A stretch of DNA of 64,000 nucleotides from an uncultured Acidobacteriota bacterium (lineage in GTDB: Bacteria > Acidobacteriota > UBA6911 > RPQK01 > JAPXNP01), in assembly GCA_963723965.1 (NCBI GenBank), contig CAVRSV010000016.1:36923-100922 (forward strand), read 5' to 3'. Positions 57,977-64,000 of this stretch are shown here, piece by piece (positions within the stretch are counted from its first letter, which is position 1; the number at the start of each line of letters is the position of its first letter). The position numbers were made by a program, and so were the translations under genes. The notes under the pieces are model-generated. The model saw nothing but the letters and a program-made list of their open reading frames with translations. It was not told the DNA's origin and searched no databases.

Positions 57977-58972
57977 ATGAGCGGATTCACCTGGACTAGC
58001 ATCGTGGCGGCGCGTCTGTTTTGGCGGGTACCTTTTGGCTTCCTCCTTGTCGCGGCGACCTTCGGTGGCGGGGCCTTGGCGGGTTCTTCCGACTCCTTCG
58101 CATTGACTGTCAGCATCTCCGGCAGCGATTCCTCCCGACCGGTGGGAGACGTGTCAGTCGATGGCCTCCGCGTTTCGCTTTCCGGCAAAGACTGTCCCGT
58201 GGAGGCGGTTCGCCGGCTCGGACCGCCCCGGCTGATCGGGCTCGTGGCGGACCTGAGTCTGGCCTCCCGACTGGGCTGGTCCCGGTTCTCCGACGACGGG
58301 CTGAGGGGAGCGGTCGAACAGCTCCTCGAGCCCTTCGCCGACGAGGTCAGGTACCGGACCGTTCTGCTTCGTGATGGACGGGTCCTGTCTCTCGATCACG
58401 CTCTCTCTCGAACGGAAGTCGTCGGTTTCCTGGCCGTGGAGCCCTCGGGTGGCACAGCCTTGGCCGACGGTTTGTGGGAGATCCTGAAGCACGCCGGCTC
58501 CTCGACGGAAACCAGTTTCATCCTCCTGTTGCCAAACGGCATGAACACGATCAGCTATGTCCCTGAGAAGGTGATGCTTCGACTGGCCAGTCAGGCTGGA
58601 GTGCCGGTCTTCATCGTGAATCCTCCCCTCTCCCTTCAGTCCGGCTGGACGGAAGTCTGGAACGGCCCCATCCGCGCATCGGCTTCCATGGCGATGGCCG
58701 AGCGCGCTCTCCTCCGAGAAAGGACCCGCTTCTGCAGCGATCTTTCGCGGGCAACCTTGAGCATCAGCAAAGAGGTCAGAACCAAAGGCAATCTCGAGAA
58801 GGTCGCCGAAGAGATCCGCCACTTTGCCGACCACCTCTACCGGGTTCAGTGTCGCTATCCGCCTGACGTTCGGAGCAACGAGTGGCACAGGCTCAAGGTC
58901 AGGGTCGAGGCGAAGGGGTGCAAAGTCAACGCGCCCTCGCGCCATTTCGTTCCGTCTCTTTCTGCGGACTGA
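57977..58972 (+). CDS. Hypothetical protein with VWA-like (MIDAS-type) region
   Basis: 331 aa, GC3-rich plus-strand ORF (the antisense ORF 58154..59053 is not protein-like). ...GFLAVEPSGGTALADGLWE resembles the vWA metal-site motif. Weak. Confidence 0.4.
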   Translation: MSGFTWTSIVAARLFWRVPFGFLLVAATFGGGALAGSSDSFALTVSISGSDSSRPVGDVSVDGLRVSLSGKDCPVEAVRRLGPPRLIGLVADLSLASRLGWSRFSDDGLRGAVEQLLEPFADEVRYRTVLLRDGRVLSLDHALSRTEVVGFLAVEPSGGTALADGLWEILKHAGSSTETSFILLLPNGMNTISYVPEKVMLRLASQAGVPVFIVNPPLSLQSGWTEVWNGPIRASASMAMAERALLRERTRFCSDLSRATLSISKEVRTKGNLEKVAEEIRHFADHLYRVQCRYPPDVRSNEWHRLKVRVEAKGCKVNAPSRHFVPSLSAD

Positions 58973-59014
58973 CGATCCCCCACGGGCAGACCATGATTCC
59001 GCCAGCCGCAGCGT

Positions 59015-59187
59015 CAGAGCCCGAACGAAGTGAGGGTCGCGCAAAAGCCCCATCGCCGAGGCCCGACCGTTTTCGGGAAAGCCGGTTGCCCGTCGCCCCG
59101 GAAGGTTGCGGCCGGGAAAAAGGGGGTGGGAAAGCCGGGGTGTCGGCGACCGCTAAGGGGTTCCCTCACTGCGTTCGGGCTCTGATG
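59015..59187. repeat. Palindromic-end element (about 173 bp) with 22-bp terminal inverted repeats CAGAGCCCGAACGAAGTGAGGG / CCCTCACTGCGTTCGGGCTCTG
   Basis: A second copy at 63612-63770 has near-identical termini (cagaacccgaacgaagtgaggg / ccctcacttcgttcgggttctg). Confidence 0.8.
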
Positions 59188-59529
59188 TCCCTGTTTCGAA
59201 TCCCAGGCGGAGGTGATTCAGTTCGCACTCGCACCTCGTCCTTCGCACTTGGATTTGGCTCCTCAGGTTGAACGTATTTCGAATTCTCTCGATGCTACTG
59301 GTGAGGAGTTGAAGGGTCCGCCAACAGACCATCGAGGGGACCTCACCCCAGGATGCGTCTTCAGGCCACCCAGGCTTAGGGGATGCCGACGGGGTAACTG
59401 GACATGGGCTAGCCGTTTTTCGTCCGCAGCGAGATGATGACGATGGGCACGTCCGACTCGATCATCAGCGTGAGAAACGCCGCAGACAGTGGCCTCTTTA
59501 TAACAGTCTCCTTCAGATTGCGTGTGCCT

Positions 59530-60866
59530 CAGTGACCGGTACCGGCCGCCGGGAGGCTGGCGTGTGCCCGGCCTTCTCTCGTGTGGAGCACCGTCACCGC
59601 AACGGGACTGCCGGCCCGAATCTCAAGCACCTCCCTCGAAATAGGGTCGGAAAGGTCGGGGACGAATTCCTCGATGAATTCCGCCCGATGCCCGCGCGGG
59701 GGAAGCTCCCAGTCGACATAGAGACCTCCAAACCAGAACCTGACCCGAACCGGTCGTCCGAGGGATTCACAATGGCCACGGCCGACGAGTACGAATCGTC
59801 CATGAACGATCCACCTCCGCCCACACCGGAGGCGGCCTCTCTGTACAGAGGCGCGATCTGGTATCCCTCCGGCCGGGAGGATGCGATCCCGGCTTCGGCG
59901 AGGACCCGCCCCGCGCCGTCGCGATCCGTATACCGAACAGAGCCCGCCACGGGCACGTTCGTCGTGATGCGGGCCGAACCCGAGCGTGCAGGGGAGGACG
60001 TGCCGGTGCTCGTCCAGCGCCTGACGTTCCAGGGGGAAATCGCCAGATCGATCCGGTCCGCCGAGAACCCTTCCTCGAACTCAAGGGACAGCGGGTTCGC
60101 CCAGGTCGTCGAAGAACTCGATCGATCCTTCGGCCGTCGAGCTGCTGAGATTGGTCACAACGATGGAGCTCGTCAGGGATTCTCCATCCGGCAGCCGGCC
60201 GTCGCCGATTTGGGCAAAGTAGGTCTTGAAGACCGGACGCTCGGCAAACTCGGCGATGACGGCCAGGAGGGTTTCGGGACTCCCCTCTCCGTAGCTGAAG
60301 ACGACTCTCGAGATCGGACGCTCGTCCGAGTCCTCGAGTCCGATGGTGAACCTCTCGTCGGACATGATCGTCTCGTACGTGCCCAGCACATTCCCCACGG
60401 CATCCTGCGCCGTGATGGTCAGGCTCACCGGCTGATCCCACGGCGTGTGGACCAGTTCCAGTCCGACGCGCTGTAGAGGATGCCGAGAATTGAGGATCAG
60501 AGGATGGGGTCCGTTCGATTCGTCGGCATCCATCTCCACGACGGGATAGATGTACGGGAGGACGCAGATGACACAGTACTCGGACCAACCTTCGTGGGTG
60601 GGAACCGTGCCGGCGACGCCCGCCATTTGGATGCCCCAGTCGGCCAGGGCTTCACTGGCATCGTCGTGTGCGCTCCCGCGATGACGAAAATCCAGCCGAA
60701 CGGAATCCTCCGAGAAGCTTCCCAAATCGACGGTTCGAAGTTCGGCCTGCAGAGGGACCGTCGAAATCGATCCGAGCAAAAGAAAAGAGAAAGTCAGCGT
60801 GCGGAGCCTTGTCAGGGCTGTCGAGGATCTCATCGTCCACTCCCTGATCCACTTTCGCTTTCGCAT
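59530..60866 (-). pseudogene. Paralog family member C, disrupted by two frameshifts (near 60085 and near 59715, the latter at a G/C homopolymer)
   Basis: Frame 1 ends ...SIEFFDDLGEP at 60081. The homologous continuation EFEEGFSADRIDLAISPW...VAIVNPSDDRFG is in frame 2. The tail PRGHRAEFIEEFVPDLSDPISREVLEIRAGSPVAVTVLHTREG is in a third frame. All three segments align colinearly with the intact paralog at 60866..62734. Confidence 0.6.
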
Positions 60867-62734
60867 CAGTACCCCGTCGGTGCGACCGGGTAGCTGGAGA
60901 GCTGGATGCCGTTCTTCGTCCGCAGGGCCGTGACGACAACCGGGACCACGGAATAGAGAGCCAGCGTTCCCTGGAATCGGTCCCCAACTTCGTCGGGGAA
61001 GAGTTCGTCGATGAACTGGGCTGTGTGCCCTCCACCTGGAATCGTAACTTCATTCGACGCCAGTTCAAGTCCGTCTTCATCCAGGAGCCGCAGCATGACG
61101 GCAGCATCTGCATCCACCGGGACCGCGATGGCGACGGCCGTGCTCACGCCGTCGTCGTGTTCCACGAAAAGACTCGCCTCGCCGACTGCCGAAGCATCGG
61201 CCACGCCCGCCTCCGAGTCGAGACCGTTGCCCGAGTACTGAAAGATGGAGCTCCCCTTGATGGTCCGATCTGACTCCACCCGAGCCCATCCCGACTGCAG
61301 TTCGGATCCGCCTGCCGTACGAATGGCGACGGAGGACCGGCCGGGGATCGTGAACGGGATCGTGGAGCTGAGGCCTTCCCGTCCCTCGACGGCGAGCGAC
61401 AGGGGTTCACCGTCGTCGTCGAGGAAATGAACGTTGACCGTCGCCGGACTGAAAGTCGCGTTGGTCAACGTCAGGAGCGTCGTCTGTCCGCCGCCGTTGG
61501 CGAGGTGGGCAAAGAAGATCTCATGGGAGGGCTCATAGATGTCGATGCGATCATCCAAGAGCGCCAGGAGCCGACCATCCGCCAGGCAAAGGTCCCAGAC
61601 CCACCAATACCTGGTTGCGACATTCCACAGGACCGCCCCGGTCAAGGCATCGCGCGCCACAGTATCTTGATCATGCCCGAGGTAATAGGCGACCCCGTTG
61701 GCGATCTGCCCCATGGGCATCCAAGAATTGGGTGGACCCCCGTTGCCCGGTTCCTCCACCTGCCACAACAGTTCTCCGGAGTCGGGATCGTAGGTGTATA
61801 TCTGTTGCTGGCGGAAGTCCCCTCCGAACTCGTAGAGGCGGTCCCCCGTCACCAGAAGCCCCCCGGGGGTGGACACCCGGCCCGAACGGCTCCAGACGAC
61901 ATCACCGCTGGCCGCATCGAACGCTCGCACGAAACTGGGTAGGCCCCCTTCGAGACCGTCACGCATCACGCTGACGAAAAGACGCCTCTCCACGGCCACG
62001 AGATCGCTGAATCGCGGGACCCCGGGAGGCGTCCCGGGTGGCAGTTCGCTGTGCCATTCTTCCTCGCCGGTACGGAGCCGGACGGCGTGCACGGCATACT
62101 CGGAGTCCAGCCAAAACACCAGATCTCCACTCGAGCAGAGCGGAGCCATGGCCGTCGGTGTATCAATCTGCCACAGCACTTCACCGGTCTCGATCCGCGC
62201 CGCCACGACGCGATCCGCGCTGCTGTAGACCACCACATCTCCTGAGATCAGCGGGTGTCGTCCCTGCGTGTTCCCAATCGCCTCATCGCTCCACAGCATT
62301 TCCCCCGTGGACACCCGAACCGCCTTGGCTCCTGTCGACGTGGACCCCCCGAGAAAGACGATGTCGTGGGCATAGGCGGGCACATAGAAGAGGGAGGCCG
62401 GACCGCCTGGGAGCGTCTGCTCCCACCGCTGTTCCCCAGTCTGGCCGTCCAGAAGGTGGTAGCTTACGGAACCGCCCGATCGGCCGACCAGCAGGGAGTC
62501 CTCGAAGGCCATCAACAAAGTGGGGTGGTCGATTCCGCTGAGCGGAATCGACCGGACGAGCTTCAGCGGAGGCCGGAAGTCGCCCATCTGGGCATTCGCA
62601 CCCGTCCGGGCATTCGAGTAACCGGCGGTGTAGTAGTCTCCAAGGTTCTGAGCCAGAAGCGATGGAGGAATAATGAAAGCAGTGAGAAAAAAGGAAAGAG
62701 AGACCCCAACGAGAAACCGAATCGACTTCCGCAT
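60866..62734 (-). CDS. Secreted PQQ-like beta-propeller (BamB-like repeat) protein fused to the paralog-family tandem C-terminal domains (member D)
   Basis: Signal MRKSIRFLVGVSLSFFLTAFIIPPSLLAQ. Repeated ...G(E/D)xLW(Q/S/N) blades. C-terminal VNVHFLDDDGEPLS...AQFIDELFPD...VVVTALRTKNG. Confidence 0.7.
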   Translation of the reverse strand: MRKSIRFLVGVSLSFFLTAFIIPPSLLAQNLGDYYTAGYSNARTGANAQMGDFRPPLKLVRSIPLSGIDHPTLLMAFEDSLLVGRSGGSVSYHLLDGQTGEQRWEQTLPGGPASLFYVPAYAHDIVFLGGSTSTGAKAVRVSTGEMLWSDEAIGNTQGRHPLISGDVVVYSSADRVVAARIETGEVLWQIDTPTAMAPLCSSGDLVFWLDSEYAVHAVRLRTGEEEWHSELPPGTPPGVPRFSDLVAVERRLFVSVMRDGLEGGLPSFVRAFDAASGDVVWSRSGRVSTPGGLLVTGDRLYEFGGDFRQQQIYTYDPDSGELLWQVEEPGNGGPPNSWMPMGQIANGVAYYLGHDQDTVARDALTGAVLWNVATRYWWVWDLCLADGRLLALLDDRIDIYEPSHEIFFAHLANGGGQTTLLTLTNATFSPATVNVHFLDDDGEPLSLAVEGREGLSSTIPFTIPGRSSVAIRTAGGSELQSGWARVESDRTIKGSSIFQYSGNGLDSEAGVADASAVGEASLFVEHDDGVSTAVAIAVPVDADAAVMLRLLDEDGLELASNEVTIPGGGHTAQFIDELFPDEVGDRFQGTLALYSVVPVVVTALRTKNGIQLSSYPVAPTGY

Positions 62735-63310
62735 GCACCCTCCTCTCGCCCGGTCCGTTCTCGTTCGGAACCGGACGTCCGTCTCCCCCTGAGATTGTCA
62801 ACTACGAATCGTGGTAGAAGTTACCTCTCAAGTCAATGATTATTTGGGAATTGCACGAAAACCTCTACAGCGCCGTTCGCCGGGGGGAGCCCGTCGACAC
62901 TTCCGGCTCCACGAGTCCGGATCCAGGTTGTCACGAGTGCCGGTCTCCTATCAGAGTGAGGACAAGAAGGGATGGCAGGTCGTCCGATGAAGGTGCACAT
63001 GGTGGCAATTCTGGCGGCGCCGTCGGGGCGATGCTCACGTCGAGATGCTGGAGAAGGTGGAGAATCCTGAGCTTCGCGCCCTCATCGAGAGCATGACTCG
63101 AGCGGGAGGGAAACGCGGCAGACAATAGGGGACACTCCGGTCGACGCTATTGTCGAGGGAGCTCTTTGTGGCCCTCAGGCGTTCAAGGCCCAGGCCTGCA
63201 GCCTGCCACCTGCCTTTCAGTTCGTACTTCGGACCTCGCCCTTTCTCCTTCTCAGTTCGCCCGTCGCCCTTCGTCCTTCGGACTTCTCTCCTTCGCCATC
63301 TCCTGCTACG

Positions 63311-63612
63311 TCACGATGATCGCCAGCAACTCGCCGGCTTCCCGGCGGAGCGGGGCGATTTCTCGCCGCGGCCTGCGGTCTCGGTGAGGAGATCCAGCCA
63401 GAAGGCGCATTCGTCGGCTTCTTCTTCGACCGTGCCGAGTTTGTGTATGAAGTCTCGTCGGGATTTCGCTCGCTGCGCGGCTCGGTAGTTGGAGCCGACG
63501 GAGGTTCCGGCTCGGAGGAGCTGGCGTTTGATGGTTCCGATTTCGGCGCCGGGTGGGAGGGAGCGGCAGAGGCGGAGGATGGCGGCGGAATATCAGAACC
63601 CGAACGAAGTGA
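63311..63612 (-). pseudogene. 5'-truncated four-helix-bundle protein gene (23S rRNA-IVS-protein / Avd-like family) remnant
   Basis: Translates to ...AEIGTIKRQLLRAGTSVGSNYRAAQRAKSRRDFIHKLGTVEEEADECAFWLDLLTETAG, matching the conserved C-terminal two helices. No start codon. The reading frame is cut by an in-frame stop lying in the left terminus of the 63612-63770 palindromic-end element. Confidence 0.5.
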
Positions 63613-63770
63613 GGGACCCCCTGCCCGGTCGCCGACTCCTCGGCTTTCCACCGTGGACCAACAGCAGCCGCAGCCAGGCGGGGAACGGCGGAGGACCCGC
63701 TTGCATATCACCCGTCGGGCTTCGGCAGAGGTGCTTTTGCGCGACCCTCACTTCGTTCGGGTTCTGATGC
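63612..63770. repeat. Palindromic-end element copy 2 (about 159 bp), apparently inserted into the four-helix-bundle gene
   Basis: Termini atCAGAACCCGAACGAAGTGAGGGa / CCCTCACTTCGTTCGGGTTCTGatg. The left terminus abuts the truncation point of the gene remnant. Confidence 0.75.
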
Positions 63771-63955
63771 TGCGGCTGTCGGGAAGCTGCAGGTTCCGCG
63801 TTGGGCGCTCGGCGTTGGGGAAGGGGGAACCGGGGAAGGGCTAAGGGCAAACCGGGAAAGTTCGAAGGTCAAACTTCGAAGTGCGAACGTCTGAGGAGCC
63901 AAATCAAAGTGCGTGTTCTTTCCTTCGCACTTTGCACTTCGGAGATGGCACTTTG

Positions 63956-64000
<45 letters not shown>

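Noticed and set aside
58154-59053. 299-aa minus-strand ORF
   Set aside because: Antisense to the GC3-biased plus-strand VWA-like ORF, and extends into the palindromic-end element.
59532-60476. 314-aa plus-strand ORF
   Set aside because: Antisense to the frameshifted paralog, whose three minus-strand frames align to the intact paralogs.
62980-63130. Tiny ORF ending ...VEMLEKVENPELRALIESMTRAGGKRGRQ
   Set aside because: Only about 28-45 codons, with no RBS and no conservation evidence. Could be chance.

Overview
High-GC (about 65-70%) bacterial chromosomal segment. The gene content fits an Acidobacteria-like soil bacterium (giant TonB-dependent-receptor-like barrel with the NFDARNFF motif, many secreted paralogs), but this cannot be proven from sequence alone. 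Start codons include GTG, TTG and CTG, so several gene starts are approximate.

Main content, 5' to 3':
- A GH9 endoglucanase on the minus strand.
- A large TonB-dependent-receptor-like outer-membrane protein.
- A minus-strand string: glgX/treX, treY, treZ (trehalose from glycogen), a PIG-L/LmbE-family deacetylase and an NYN + OST-HTH protein.
- A small secreted protein with a clean rho-independent terminator.
- A four-gene membrane-bound group 1 [NiFe] uptake hydrogenase set (small subunit, large subunit, cytochrome b, maturation protease).
- An MFS transporter, a Cys-type sulfatase, a frameshifted nhaA and a class I fumarase.
- Two two-component systems on the minus strand. One histidine kinase carries a periplasmic c-type-heme (CXXCH) domain. 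The other kinase is followed by a receiver-domain::SLC13/DASS-like permease fusion.
- An SGNH-like secreted hydrolase, and a SufE plus YnjE-like triple-rhodanese pair.
- A roughly 12.7 kb Arn-like glycoconjugate-modification cluster: B12-binding radical SAM, DegT aminotransferase, FAD oxidoreductase, GT2, radical-SAM/SPASM, a 1042-aa methyltransferase::GT-C (PMT/ArnT-like) fusion, and two more methyltransferases.
- Housekeeping-type genes (DUF1905/YdeI, DUF4349, SDR).
- A local expansion of paralogous secreted proteins: three intact, one PQQ-propeller fusion, and one copy broken by two frameshifts.
- A VWA-like protein.
- A four-helix-bundle gene remnant truncated by a palindromic element.
- The 3' half of a tRNA at the window edge.

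Intergenic DNA is heavily populated by at least three noncoding repeat families:
- Family B: about 200 bp, MITE-like, with GGGGGCGTGTTGCCCAAAT terminal inverted repeats. 5 copies.
- Family C: about 230 bp, multi-hairpin, partly tandemly duplicated. 3 loci.
- Palindromic-end elements: about 160-175 bp. 2 copies.
There are also 7-mer micro-tandem arrays and a (GGAGGACCG)n purine tract.

No CRISPR array, integrase, transposase or rRNA was recognised.

The most likely candidate for an undescribed system is the radical-SAM-rich Arn-like cluster with the MT::GT-C fusion. The two-component system wired to a receiver-fused transporter is the second candidate.
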